Below the pieces are notes generated by a model. It worked only from the letters and a program-made list of their open reading frames with translations. It was not told where the DNA came from and ran no database searches. From sequence record OQ174503.1: a DNA stretch of 64,000 nucleotides; one strand, written 5' to 3'. The position numbers and the translations under genes were made by a program. Shown piece by piece: positions 19,981 through 32,626 of this stretch. Numbering within the stretch: position 1 is the first letter of the stretch; each line of letters opens with the position of its first letter. Origin of the DNA: Escherichia phage REP4.

Positions 19981-20346
19981 TTAAATATCAAATTCGTTAA
20001 GAACTACATCAAAGATCGCTTCAAGATGCTCAGGTTTAGCTCTGTTACTCAGAATATGACGAATCCAAGTTTTAACCAGAAGCTTACGATTGACGCCATT
20101 CCAGCAAGGATGAGTACCTAAATCGCGTTGACGGAAATCATCATCTAATGCGATTTTAAAAGAAGAACCTTCTTTCGTGATTGAAACCGTGATGCCATTT
20201 TCAAATCGCATATAAACGTAGTTAGGAGTCATATACTGTTCAATTTCGCATACTGATCCATTTTGATGTTTCCAAAGGCAGATAGTATCAATAGAACCTG
20301 CAATACCATTAGAAACATATTTACGTTCAAAGTTGATGTAGTTCAT
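19981..20346 (-). CDS. Hypothetical protein (121 aa)
   Basis: Track ORF; followed by hairpin ggggccgaagcccc. Confidence 0.6.
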   Translation of the reverse strand: MNYINFERKYVSNGIAGSIDTICLWKHQNGSVCEIEQYMTPNYVYMRFENGITVSITKEGSSFKIALDDDFRQRDLGTHPCWNGVNRKLLVKTWIRHILSNRAKPEHLEAIFDVVLNEFDI

Positions 20347-20414
20347 TTTTATTCTCCGAGATGTTTAATTGCGGTACAGGTATATAATATCATATCCTGT
20401 ACCAAAGTAAACAA

Positions 20415-20747
20415 TTATTTTACTACTTTCCAATGTTGCATGTCAAGTTTACCAACTTTTTTCATCTTCTCAATTAAGCGTTCGGCACGTTGGCGAGCTG
20501 TAACATAATACCATTCACCCAATTCATTTTGTTCAATTTTTCCAACGATTACTGTATTCAATTCATAAATCCAACCAGTAAAGAAATTATGAACTTGAAT
20601 TGTAAAGGTGAAATCTGTTCCCATACCTTCTGTTGTTTCTACTTCAATAATATCACCTTCAACTGCCATTAAGAACCACATAGTTTCATCATATTTACCA
20701 TTGAAGCATTTAGTTTTAACTGTAGCGTTCAGATTAATCGTTTTCAT
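20415..20747 (-). CDS. Hypothetical protein (110 aa)
   Basis: Track ORF downstream of an early promoter-like element. Confidence 0.6.
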   Translation of the reverse strand: MKTINLNATVKTKCFNGKYDETMWFLMAVEGDIIEVETTEGMGTDFTFTIQVHNFFTGWIYELNTVIVGKIEQNELGEWYYVTARQRAERLIEKMKKVGKLDMQHWKVVK

Positions 20748-20834
20748 TTTATTCTCCTTTGTTTGTGTAAGATAATACTATCACAAAGGAGCCATACTGT
20801 AAACAACTTTGTGCAATCTTTGGAAAATAAAAAA

Positions 20835-20852
20835 GGACTCCCGAAGGAGTCC
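20835..20852 (-). terminator. Intrinsic terminator hairpin ggactccCGAAggagtcc
   Basis: 7-bp stem with CGAA loop followed on minus strand by a U-run. Confidence 0.5.
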
Positions 20853-20857
20853 TCAAC

Positions 20858-21034
20858 TTATGCTTTCTGCTTACCAAAACGAGAAGCATCATCTCGAAGA
20901 ACCGCACGTGCTCGGCGCATGATCTTCTCAACAGTTTGATTGATACGAGAGTTCGACCCACGCTTGTAACCAGCGCGTTTAGAATCACCAACTTTCTTTT
21001 CAACTGCTTTCTTTGCTTTAGCTTGTTTTGCCAT
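20858..21034 (-). CDS. Small lysine/arginine-rich basic protein (58 aa from internal ATG)
   Basis: MAKQAKAKKAVEKKVGDSKRAGYKRGSNSRINQ...; the track start at 21076 has no RBS. Confidence 0.5.
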   Translation of the reverse strand: MAKQAKAKKAVEKKVGDSKRAGYKRGSNSRINQTVEKIMRRARAVLRDDASRFGKQKA

Positions 21035-21154
21035 TATAAATTCTCTTTTAAATGAAAATGCAGGACTTATTGGCATTGCCTGCGCAAGCCCTCAAGGGGA
21101 ACATAGGTTTTTGAATATTTAACGACCAGGATAACCATAAACCCGTCATCATAC

Positions 21155-21403
21155 TTACTTCAGTGTTACCACAAAGTGACGAACTGCTTTTCGTGCGGCA
21201 GAAGCCAAAGGCTTAGCATATTTAAGTTCATCTTTTTCCTGAAGCTCAGCAGCTAATGCAGTTTGAGCAGGATTCAGATGTTTGAAATAACGCAGGATTT
21301 CAAGAGCTTCGGCTTCAACATCAATAGATGCGCCATAGTTTTCGTGACCATTATTCCATGCGTTTCGTTGCAGTTCAAGAGCGTGTTGTAATTGTTTAAT
21401 CAT
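21155..21403 (-). CDS. rIII: rIII lysis-inhibition accessory protein
   Basis: 82 aa, MIKQLQHALELQRNAWNNGHENYG...; matches T4 RIII. Confidence 0.9.
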   Translation of the reverse strand: MIKQLQHALELQRNAWNNGHENYGASIDVEAEALEILRYFKHLNPAQTALAAELQEKDELKYAKPLASAARKAVRHFVVTLK

Positions 21404-21529
21404 TTAAAAATTCTCGTTAGAGATTAAAACTCGGTAGTCACGTTCTTCTGAATTTCATCTTCTTTCGACAGATCTCTCAGTTGTAGACTACCACATAGAA
21501 TTGAAACTCAATTCATAATATTATTTATA

Positions 21530-21865
21530 TCACTTATAAAGACACGGAATAGCTTTATAGTGACAGGTTACGAATTTTTGTTTAATTTCTTTTGGCTGCT
21601 TAAGACCCAGAGCTACAAAAGGATGAGGAACGTTTCGAATTTGACCAACTGGAAGAGAAGTCAAATCACCAACTTCGCAGAAACCTTCAGGAACATCAGG
21701 ACCAACAGAGTGAACTACACACAGTTCAGGAACTTCACCTTGGACACGTTTACCGATAATAAGTCCTGATTCTGTAACTTCTTCATCACCGGCTTGTGCA
21801 GGTTCAGAAACTAAAATAACATATTCACCGACAGCACGAATTGGTAGCTGTTGTACTTCAGACAT
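21530..21865 (-). CDS. 31: gp31 co-chaperonin (GroES analogue for major capsid protein folding)
   Basis: 111 aa, [22 protein letters not shown]...; matches T4 gp31. Confidence 0.95.
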
Positions 21866-21921
21866 CGTTTTTCCTTTTTGTTAACAGATGAATTAATAAT
21901 AACAAATAATTCTTAAAGCAT

Positions 21922-22230
21922 TTATTTACCAATAAATTGAAGCAAATGCTCAACTTTCATACCATTAACGGAAATCAATTTGTCAATAGAAAAACCTCGC
22001 CATGCACCAAGCTCAACATCAAATACTGGAATCATATCAGTAGATTCTTTCCGAGTAGATTCAGTCAATTTACCGGTTTGCATGGTTGGCATAAAGTCTG
22101 CATCACGAGTACCTTTCATAGTACGAATAGTACCATCAGACTTTTCAAAAACCACGTTTGAAATACCCATGGACAATTTAGTTTTCAAAATTTCACGAAT
22201 TGCTACTTTCTGTTCAGTTGTCAATTTCAT
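21922..22230 (-). CDS. Conserved hypothetical protein (31.1-like, 102 aa)
   Basis: Track ORF downstream of gene 31. Confidence 0.6.
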   Translation of the reverse strand: MKLTTEQKVAIREILKTKLSMGISNVVFEKSDGTIRTMKGTRDADFMPTMQTGKLTESTRKESTDMIPVFDVELGAWRGFSIDKLISVNGMKVEHLLQFIGK

Positions 22231-22467
22231 TTATTTACCTATTACAGTTTTAATATGGGTTGTTCCACGTTCTTTAAGAGTGGAAAGCAATTTTTGGCAT
22301 TTTTCTAAATCAGATTTCCAACTATACGGTCTATCAATACAAACCCATTCTGACTTATAATACTGCTTCCATTTAGAGAAAAAATATTTCTTATACTCTA
22401 CAGCAAATGAAATGTTCTCGTTAGAATAAGAACTAATTGCTGTGAGCTGTACCAAACGAAATTTCAT
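22231..22467 (-). CDS. Conserved hypothetical protein (31.2-like, 78 aa)
   Basis: Track ORF. Confidence 0.55.
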   Translation of the reverse strand: MKFRLVQLTAISSYSNENISFAVEYKKYFFSKWKQYYKSEWVCIDRPYSWKSDLEKCQKLLSTLKERGTTHIKTVIGK

Positions 22468-23048
22468 TATTCACCACAGAATTCGTTGATATTTTCCCAG
22501 TTTAACTTATTCAAGTTTTTCTTAGGAACATTAAACACTTCAATACCTGCATTTCGCAGAATATCATCCCAGCCAGGTTTATTTTTATCGTATGTTTCGC
22601 AATAAACCAGCTTTTTAATACCAGATTGAGCTATTGCTTTTGCGCAATCTGGGCAAGGAGAAAGTGTTACATACATAGTAGCACCTTCAATTGAAGAACC
22701 GTTTCGTGCAGCAAACAAAATCGCATTTAGTTCAGCATGAATTTCATTTTTAGACGACCATTCAGAGTGAGCACTACGGTGTTCTTTCGCTAAGATAAAA
22801 CGATCAGTTGAACCAAATGATACACATTCGGGCTTATGACCTTGAATGATAGTATGTTTAGGCTTATTCAGCAACCAACCTTGCTCAGCAGCATAATCAC
22901 AACAATTCACACCACCTGCAGGTGAACCATTATATCCGGTAGAAATAATACGTCCATTCTTTTCAATTACTGCTCCTACCTTCCAGGAGCAACATTTGGA
23001 TTCTTGTGATACTAAATATGCAATTTGAAGTACTGTACTCGCTTTCAT
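22467..23048 (-). CDS. cd: dCMP deaminase
   Basis: 193 aa; zinc motifs HAELNA and PCPDCAK; matches T4 Cd. Confidence 0.95.
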   Translation of the reverse strand: MKASTVLQIAYLVSQESKCCSWKVGAVIEKNGRIISTGYNGSPAGGVNCCDYAAEQGWLLNKPKHTIIQGHKPECVSFGSTDRFILAKEHRSAHSEWSSKNEIHAELNAILFAARNGSSIEGATMYVTLSPCPDCAKAIAQSGIKKLVYCETYDKNKPGWDDILRNAGIEVFNVPKKNLNKLNWENINEFCGE

Positions 23049-23383
23049 TTCATAATCACCAGATAAGCAGATTTAGCAGTTTCAACACGATAAATTTCAT
23101 GACGAAGTTTAGTTATACTTTTAATAACAGAACTAATTATATTCTGCCCATCTTTAAAGCGGTTTTTCTTATCAATGAAAATTGCACCGACCATCTTTTT
23201 GTGAAGCTCAACCGGATACTTCGTCACAATAATAGCATCATACACAGAAGGATGAATACTATTCACTAGAGTATCATTCATTAAAGTTATTCTAATGAAC
23301 TGTGCTGTTTCAGAATCAAGCGCTCTATGATCGCCAGTATCATTTTCAAGACAATTATCAATTATATCAGTTAAATTCATCAT
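23045..23383 (-). CDS. Conserved hypothetical protein (cd.1 position, 112 aa)
   Basis: Track ORF. Confidence 0.6.
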   Translation of the reverse strand: MMNLTDIIDNCLENDTGDHRALDSETAQFIRITLMNDTLVNSIHPSVYDAIIVTKYPVELHKKMVGAIFIDKKNRFKDGQNIISSVIKSITKLRHEIYRVETAKSAYLVIMK

Positions 23384-23616
23384 AGTACGCCATACACCCT
23401 TTGTGCTTCAACTAATCCATCAAAATCCAGTTTGAGATGTGTTATTTGGTCACCATCGCCTGGATTCACAATTACTAATACTGAACGAGGAGTTTCGGTA
23501 ATAACACGAACCGACGTTTCAGGAAATCGTTCAGAAACCTTATTTACCAATTCTTGAGCAAATAGTTTAACTTTTTCTTGAAATTCTTTAACAGTAATTG
23601 GTTTTTCACTTAGCAT
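23380..23616 (-). CDS. Conserved hypothetical protein (78 aa)
   Basis: Track ORF. Confidence 0.6.
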   Translation of the reverse strand: MLSEKPITVKEFQEKVKLFAQELVNKVSERFPETSVRVITETPRSVLVIVNPGDGDQITHLKLDFDGLVEAQRVYGVL

Positions 23617-24137
23617 GTTGATCCCAGCTCCTTACTTTCAACGTTTTTAACTAATTTGACAGAAACTAATTCAGCATCTTGAGTAATCATTACCGGACCT
23701 TCTTCATACTCTTCGAGATATTCTAGAGCTTTCTTTTTAGCTTCTTCCTTCGTATCAGTTTGAGCATAGATATAAAACATACAACCAGTAATACCTACTA
23801 CTTTCCACTTAATTTCTTTATCAGTTTTAATTTCAAATTTACTTGTAGAATCATCTTTTTGAACTTCTTCGAAAAAAGAATATTCTAACATATAAGCAAT
23901 TGAAAATAACGGGCTAACTTTATAGGATTCGCCCATTACATCAACAGCTTTATACCAGCAATCATCAATTTCACGTTTAATGCTAATAACATTTTTCGCA
24001 GGATCTATTTTTACTTTAAATGAATTTTCCCCAATAAACTGGGCAATTCGTTTATTAGCCCCGCAGGTTTCATTAAAAATATCTTTATACCCAGCTTTAA
24101 AGCGATAAACCTTATCTTCTTCAAACCATTCGCTCAT
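23610..24137 (-). CDS. Conserved hypothetical protein (175 aa)
   Basis: Track ORF. Confidence 0.6.
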   Translation of the reverse strand: MSEWFEEDKVYRFKAGYKDIFNETCGANKRIAQFIGENSFKVKIDPAKNVISIKREIDDCWYKAVDVMGESYKVSPLFSIAYMLEYSFFEEVQKDDSTSKFEIKTDKEIKWKVVGITGCMFYIYAQTDTKEEAKKKALEYLEEYEEGPVMITQDAELVSVKLVKNVESKELGSTC

Positions 24138-24199
24138 TTCAATTTCCTCATTTGTTTTGGTAGAGCTATAATATCACAACTCTACCTTAAAGTAAACTA

Positions 24200-24475
24200 T
24201 TAAATTGCTTTGAATTCTGATGTCTGTGATTCAAAGCGAATATCGCCTTTGATGACTAGCTCAGCATCAAGACCGAATACGACAATAATATGAGCAGAAC
24301 CTGGATACAGCGTAATTGCAATAGAATCCACTTGGTCTGGAAGCAAAGCGTTCAATACATGAGTCACCTGAGCATGAATTCGAAGCTCAGCTGCGTTATC
24401 AAGCTTTTCAAACATATTATTAGCGATAATTTGGCTAAACACTACTTCTACGATTTTAGAGTAAGTCGGAAACAT
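24200..24475 (-). CDS. Hypothetical protein (91 aa)
   Basis: Track ORF preceded by early promoter-like element. Confidence 0.55.
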   Translation of the reverse strand: MFPTYSKIVEVVFSQIIANNMFEKLDNAAELRIHAQVTHVLNALLPDQVDSIAITLYPGSAHIIVVFGLDAELVIKGDIRFESQTSEFKAI

Positions 24476-24477
24476 AT

Positions 24478-24678
24478 TTACCTCACATAATTTTCTTCAA
24501 GCCAATCAATAACATCCAACGCATTATCAAAAGTTGAACCATCTACTTTGTCTTCTGTCTCATAATCAAGAACATCTAAGCCTACTCTTCCATCAACAAT
24601 AGGCCATAAACAAAATAGATATTTCTTTTCTTTTTCAATTTTATCACAAAGACGATAAATCTTTTCTATGTTATTCAT
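24478..24678 (-). CDS. Hypothetical protein (66 aa)
   Basis: Track ORF. Confidence 0.55.
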   Translation of the reverse strand: MNNIEKIYRLCDKIEKEKKYLFCLWPIVDGRVGLDVLDYETEDKVDGSTFDNALDVIDWLEENYVR

Positions 24679-24867
24679 AAGTTTTCCATGGTAAAGGCAG
24701 TTTAGTTTTCTTTACTGTTAGTTCAATATCAGGATTCTTTTCTCTTAATTTAAGGCATTCCTCCCAAGCTCTGATTTCACTAGTGAATACACAAAACTGC
24801 CCATTACTAGTACCAACTAAACCACTATTTACAATAACAATAGACCAAGTTTCATGATGCCACGCCA

Positions 24868-24868
<1 letters not shown>
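24671..24868 (-). CDS. Hypothetical protein (65 aa)
   Basis: Track ORF directly downstream of pseT. Confidence 0.55.
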
Positions 24869-26093
<1,225 letters not shown>

Positions 26094-26096
26094 TTA

Positions 26097-26327
26097 TTAT
26101 TTCTCAACCAACGATTGAATATAATCATGCAGGTCTTTAGATGCTTTACCCCACTTATTTTGGTATTCATTTTTAAGATTAGCCCGAGATTGAGCTAATA
26201 AAACATCATTAGTTGGAGGTAAAGATTCTAATCGTTGAATCTGGCGTCCATAAATCATTGCAGCCATCTCGGATTCATAAATCAATCCTTTGAGATGTTC
26301 AAATTGATGCCATGAAATCATTTGCAT
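26097..26327 (-). CDS. Hypothetical protein (76 aa)
   Basis: Track ORF. Confidence 0.55.
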   Translation of the reverse strand: MQMISWHQFEHLKGLIYESEMAAMIYGRQIQRLESLPPTNDVLLAQSRANLKNEYQNKWGKASKDLHDYIQSLVEK

Positions 26328-26617
26328 TTATCCTCTTTTAACTCTTGGCGATAATAACATATCATAGTTTTCTGATCATGTACATATCGTTTTACATCAT
26401 TAAGCCAAATACGAAATTCCTGGGAATCTTCAAATGGCATACCGACCCAAGCTTTACCATCGATAACTTTAACTTGCCAAGATAGTTTAGCTTCATCATA
26501 TGACTTTATTTGTACTGGCCAATTAGGATGAACTGTTTCTTTCTTTACTTCTAGAGGCTTTGTCGAACAACCAACTAGAAGACCAATAGATAATATTACT
26601 GCTGATAGTTTAATCAT
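26318..26617 (-). CDS. pseT.2: o-spanin (outer-membrane lipoprotein, Rz1 equivalent)
   Basis: Signal peptide with lipobox LLVGC; 99 aa; overlaps i-spanin stop by 4 nt. Confidence 0.75.
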   Translation of the reverse strand: MIKLSAVILSIGLLVGCSTKPLEVKKETVHPNWPVQIKSYDEAKLSWQVKVIDGKAWVGMPFEDSQEFRIWLNDVKRYVHDQKTMICYYRQELKEDKCK

Positions 26618-26967
26618 TTAGAAAGGTCCTGGATGTCTTCTGCGAACTTGTTGAAGGAGTTGTTGATTTGTTTTTCAACCAATCCTGGCTTATGAGCCAC
26701 CACATCCGCCTTCTTTGCGTCTTTGCGCAGTTTTTCATTTTCACGCTCAATAGCAGCAATTGCCTCACGATTTTTATTATTCATCGCATCAATATAATTA
26801 TACTGAATTCGCAAATTATCTAATGCTAAAGCGTTTTCATTGGCCGTTTTTGTAATTTCTACAACAGACGTTTCTAATCTTTCAATTTTACTTTTTAAAA
26901 TTAAAGAAGTTCCGCCCAATGCAATTACAATTAATAGCAAGCCTGCTGTCGTATTACTTAATTGCAT
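26614..26967 (-). CDS. pseT.3: i-spanin (inner-membrane, Rz equivalent)
   Basis: N-terminal TM helix (GLLLIVIALGGTSLIL) then coiled-coil; 117 aa. Confidence 0.75.
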   Translation of the reverse strand: MQLSNTTAGLLLIVIALGGTSLILKSKIERLETSVVEITKTANENALALDNLRIQYNYIDAMNNKNREAIAAIERENEKLRKDAKKADVVAHKPGLVEKQINNSFNKFAEDIQDLSK

Positions 26968-27464
26968 AAAGTTTTAATAACCTCTATAATATCGTCTTGA
27001 GAAAGACCGTTAATTAAAATATGATGTTCAGCAGGAGATTTAGAAATTTTAAAGCATGCCTCAACATCTTCTGCCATATCCGATGCGCTACGATTTGGAT
27101 TACTAATTCCAAGACGATGTTTTCCCGTTAAAGGATTAACGATGATATAGCATTTACAGTTATTGATATGAACATTAGGTTGAGTCTGATTAATGAACAC
27201 ATCACAATCATATTTCGCAAGCTGATTTTCTAAAAAGACTTTCATCTCCTCAACTGCATCAGGAAGCATATCACGGGCTTGCTCAAGACGACGATTTCGA
27301 TATTCTTTAATGGTCGTTTTCCGCTTGACTTGCTTAGCTAAATCTTTCTTAAGATCGGTGATATATCCAACTCGACGATTTCCTTTAAATACAGAAATCC
27401 CATCTGTAGTATCACCGTATGCTTCAACGACCATCTCAGTAGTAATAAGCTGCAAATCCATCAT
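26958..27464 (-). CDS. alc: Alc, inhibitor of host transcription on cytosine-containing DNA
   Basis: 168 aa, MMDLQLITTEMVVEAYGDTTDG...; recognised as T4 Alc. Confidence 0.85.
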   Translation of the reverse strand: MMDLQLITTEMVVEAYGDTTDGISVFKGNRRVGYITDLKKDLAKQVKRKTTIKEYRNRRLEQARDMLPDAVEEMKVFLENQLAKYDCDVFINQTQPNVHINNCKCYIIVNPLTGKHRLGISNPNRSASDMAEDVEACFKISKSPAEHHILINGLSQDDIIEVIKTLCN

Positions 27465-27492
27465 AAAGTCCTCATGTTATGTCAGTAAGACT

Positions 27493-27522
27493 ACTGTAAC
27501 ACAACACGAGGGACTTGTAAAC
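27493..27522 (-). promoter_or_regulatory. Early promoter (GTTTACA -35, TACAGT -10) upstream of alc; homologous to the element at 11791-11820
   Basis: Shares the module ...ACACGAGGGACTTGTAAAC and ...CCTCATGTTATGT.AGTAA with 11761-11820. Confidence 0.45.
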
Positions 27523-27525
27523 AGC

Positions 27526-29113
<1,588 letters not shown>

Positions 29114-29120
29114 AATAAAA

Positions 29121-29134
29121 TGGGCCTTGCGGCC
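29121..29134 (-). promoter_or_regulatory. Hairpin gggccGCAAggccc between the SD (GGAG) and start codon of denA
   Basis: SD lies 23 nt from the ATG in linear sequence but 9 nt if the 5-bp/tetraloop hairpin forms. Confidence 0.5.
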
Positions 29135-29140
29135 CACTCC

Positions 29141-30310
29141 TTAAAAATATTTTTTAAAACTCATCATAACTTTATCATCAACATCATTATCAATCTGTGC
29201 TACAAGGTAAGATGACAGTTCTACTTCTTGTGGCGCGGATTGAACATTATCAGAATTAAGATATTCACGAATCCAAGGATACGGGTGTTTAACCGGAGCA
29301 TCGGTAATTGGGCATGGAAGACCGCACTGTTTCATACGAGATACAGTTAAGTAATCAATAAAGCTCCACATGCTATTTGTATTTAATCCAGGAACATCGC
29401 CATCTTTAAATAAATGAACTGCCCAGTCTTTTTCTTGACGGTTAACTTCCATGAAAATATCAACTGCTTCTTGTTCACACTCTTGGGTGATTTTAACCCA
29501 TTCATCACCATCAGTGCCAAGTTGAAGTTGACGAATAATATATTGGGTGCCTTTAAGGTGAAGCTGCTCATCACGTGCAATGAACTTCATAATCTTGGCA
29601 TTACCTTCCATGATTTCCATGTTCTTATGGAAGTTAAAGGTACATGCGAAAGATACATAAAAACGAATAGCTTCCAATGCGTTGATTACGTGCAGGCAGA
29701 GGCAAAGAGATTTCATTAGTGCTCGTTTAGTACATTCAACAACTTTGCCTAACTCTTCTTTACGAAATCCTTCTGATAAAATTCCTTCATAATCTTCAAC
29801 CGCATTCTGATATTCACGAGTCTTAACTAGAACATCATCATAATAGCGACCGATAGATTCAGCACGTTTCATGATAGCTTCATCTAGTACAATCTCATCA
29901 AATACCTTCGATGGATCAGTATAAAGATTTCGCATGATATGAGTATATGAACGACTGTGAATAGTTTCACTAAAAGTCCATGTAGCAACCCATGTATCAA
30001 GACTTGGGTCTGAAATTAATGACATAAGTACAGCAGACGGTGCACGACCCTGAATGCTATCTAGAAGTGATTGATACTTCAAGTTATTAGTAAAAATATC
30101 TTGCTGATACTGAGGAAGCTTGTTAAATTGTGCAGCATCCATCATCAAGTTTACTTCTTCAGGACGCCAGAAAAATGATAATTGCTTTTCGGTTAAATCT
30201 TCAAAAACTTTATGGCGTTGAATATCATAACGCGCAATACCAAGACCTGAACCGAAGAACATAGGTTCTTTTAAAACATCAACTGGATTTGTATTAAAAA
30301 CTGTGCTCAT
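29141..30310 (-). CDS. nrdB: Ribonucleotide reductase small subunit NrdB (uninterrupted)
   Basis: 389 aa continuous ORF with di-iron/tyrosyl radical motifs; no intron. Confidence 0.95.
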   Translation of the reverse strand: MSTVFNTNPVDVLKEPMFFGSGLGIARYDIQRHKVFEDLTEKQLSFFWRPEEVNLMMDAAQFNKLPQYQQDIFTNNLKYQSLLDSIQGRAPSAVLMSLISDPSLDTWVATWTFSETIHSRSYTHIMRNLYTDPSKVFDEIVLDEAIMKRAESIGRYYDDVLVKTREYQNAVEDYEGILSEGFRKEELGKVVECTKRALMKSLCLCLHVINALEAIRFYVSFACTFNFHKNMEIMEGNAKIMKFIARDEQLHLKGTQYIIRQLQLGTDGDEWVKITQECEQEAVDIFMEVNRQEKDWAVHLFKDGDVPGLNTNSMWSFIDYLTVSRMKQCGLPCPITDAPVKHPYPWIREYLNSDNVQSAPQEVELSSYLVAQIDNDVDDKVMMSFKKYF

Positions 30311-30361
30311 AAATTTTCCGCTTAGTTAATAGATAGTGACTCGTCCGTGAGTCAAATTATA

Positions 30362-32626
30362 TCATAATTTACAGGATGAACAATCTTCAGCTTTTGGAGT
30401 TTCTATTTCATAATCATCAGTACCAGAACCGTCGCGAGTATTATGATAATAGAAATTTTTTCCGCCAAAATACCAAAAGTACAAAAGGTCATCAATCATT
30501 ATTGACATTGGAACCTTTCCTTTTGGAAAAATCTGCGGGTCATAATATGTATTCGCTGAAGCTGATTGACATACCCATTTCAGCATAATAGCTACCTGCG
30601 TAAGATAAGGTTTATTACCTTTCTTAGCTAATTTCCATGTATAATCATATAGGTCTATGTTATGTTCAATATTGGGCACGACTTGATTAAAGGAACCCTC
30701 TTTTGATTCTTTAACAGAGACTGGTCCACGTGGAGGCTCGATACCGTTTGTACTGTTAGAAACTTGGGAAGATGACTCACATGGCATAAGTGCTGATAAT
30801 GTGCTATTACGGATGCCAAAGAGCTTAAGGTCTTCCCGCAGCGACGACCAGTCACAAACGTATTTTGGAGCTGCGATTTGGTCAATCTTTTTATTGTACC
30901 AGTCGATAGGTAATTCGCCTCGAGACCAACGAGTGTCTGAATAATATTCGCAAGGTCCTTTTTCTTTGGCGAGCTTAATGGATGCTTTAATGAGTCCATA
31001 CTGTAATCTCTCAAATAGTTCATGTGTTAAATCGTTAGCATCTTCATAAGAAGCAAAGTTACTTGCCAGCCAAGCTGCATAGTTAGTAACACCTACACCA
31101 AGATTACGACGCTTTTTAGCTTTTTCTGCTTCAGGAACTGGATATCCTTGGTAGTCCAAAAGATTATCAAGAGCGCGAACTTGAACTTCTGCTAATTCAT
31201 TAATTTTATCTTGGTCTTGCCAGTCGAAGTTATCTAACACAAATGCAGATAACGTACATAATCCAATTTCAGCATCAGGACTATTCACATCATTTGTTGG
31301 AATAGCAATTTCACAGCACAAGTTACTCTGACGAATAGGTGCCTTTTCACGAATAAACGGAGTATAGTTATTCGTATTATCAATGAACTGTACATAAATC
31401 CTTGCTGTTCCTGAGCGTTCAGTCATGAGTAATTCAAACAGTTCACGGGCTTTAATACGCTTTTTACGAATATTAGGGTCTTTTTCTGCGGCTTCGTACA
31501 ATTCACGGAATCGGTCTTGGTCTTTAAAATAAGAATAATACAGCTCGCCACCCATTTCATGCGGACTGAACAGAGTAATATAATCGTTCTTTCCGAAACG
31601 TTCCATCATTAGATCATTCAGCTGGACGCCATAATCCATATGACGGATACGGTTTTCTTCTACGCCTTTGTTATTTTTCAAAACGAGAAGATTTTCAACT
31701 TCCAAATGCCAAATAGGATAATAAGCAGTAGCAGCGCCGCCACGAATTCCACCCTGTGAGCATGATTTAACAGCAGTCTGAAAATGTTTCCAAAAAGGAA
31801 TAACACCAGTATGGCGCACTTCACCTGTGCCAATCTTAGAACCTTCGGCACGAATCATACCAACGTTAATACCAATTCCAGCGCGTTTGGAGATATATTC
31901 AACAATTGAAGCAGAAGCTTTGTTAATAGACTTCAGCGAATCACCTGCCTCAATAACAACGCATGAACTAAACTGCCGAGTTGGAGTACGACATCCAGCC
32001 ATAATAGGAGTTGGCAATGAAATCTGTCGAGTAGATACTGCTTCATAAAAACGAATAACATGTTTTAATCTATCAACAGGTTCATCTTGATGCAATGCCA
32101 TTCCAATAGTCATAAATGCAAACTGTGGAGTTTCATAAATTTGACCAGTGGTTTTATCTTTAACGAGATATTTTTCTTTTAATTGCATCGCCCCGGAATA
32201 AGTAAATTCCATATCCCGCTCGTGCTTAATTTTTGATTCTAAAAATGTAATTTCTTCTGCAGAATATTTTGACAACAATTCAGGGTCATATTTACCTTCA
32301 TTTACACAGTAAGAAATATGGTCAATAAATGAACGTGGTTCATATTGCCCGTAAACATGCTTACGAAGAGCGAACATTAAACAGCGTGCAGCTACATATT
32401 GATAATCAGGCTCTTCAACTGAAATAGAATTCGCAGCAGCCTTAATGACAATGGTTTGAATGTCATCAGTTGTCATTCCATCACGGAGATATGATTTAAT
32501 ATTTTCATATAATTCATAAGGATCTACAGATGTTCCTTCAGCTGCCCAAGATAAAACTTTAATAATTTTTTGCGGGTCAAAGCTCTGAGAAACACCACTA
32601 CTTTTGATAACATTAATTAATTGCAT
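30362..32626 (-). CDS. nrdA: Ribonucleotide reductase large subunit NrdA
   Basis: 754 aa; ATP-cone N-terminus, catalytic Cys motifs, C-terminal CSSCKL-type tail. Confidence 0.97.
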   Translation of the reverse strand: MQLINVIKSSGVSQSFDPQKIIKVLSWAAEGTSVDPYELYENIKSYLRDGMTTDDIQTIVIKAAANSISVEEPDYQYVAARCLMFALRKHVYGQYEPRSFIDHISYCVNEGKYDPELLSKYSAEEITFLESKIKHERDMEFTYSGAMQLKEKYLVKDKTTGQIYETPQFAFMTIGMALHQDEPVDRLKHVIRFYEAVSTRQISLPTPIMAGCRTPTRQFSSCVVIEAGDSLKSINKASASIVEYISKRAGIGINVGMIRAEGSKIGTGEVRHTGVIPFWKHFQTAVKSCSQGGIRGGAATAYYPIWHLEVENLLVLKNNKGVEENRIRHMDYGVQLNDLMMERFGKNDYITLFSPHEMGGELYYSYFKDQDRFRELYEAAEKDPNIRKKRIKARELFELLMTERSGTARIYVQFIDNTNNYTPFIREKAPIRQSNLCCEIAIPTNDVNSPDAEIGLCTLSAFVLDNFDWQDQDKINELAEVQVRALDNLLDYQGYPVPEAEKAKKRRNLGVGVTNYAAWLASNFASYEDANDLTHELFERLQYGLIKASIKLAKEKGPCEYYSDTRWSRGELPIDWYNKKIDQIAAPKYVCDWSSLREDLKLFGIRNSTLSALMPCESSSQVSNSTNGIEPPRGPVSVKESKEGSFNQVVPNIEHNIDLYDYTWKLAKKGNKPYLTQVAIMLKWVCQSASANTYYDPQIFPKGKVPMSIMIDDLLYFWYFGGKNFYYHNTRDGSGTDDYEIETPKAEDCSSCKL

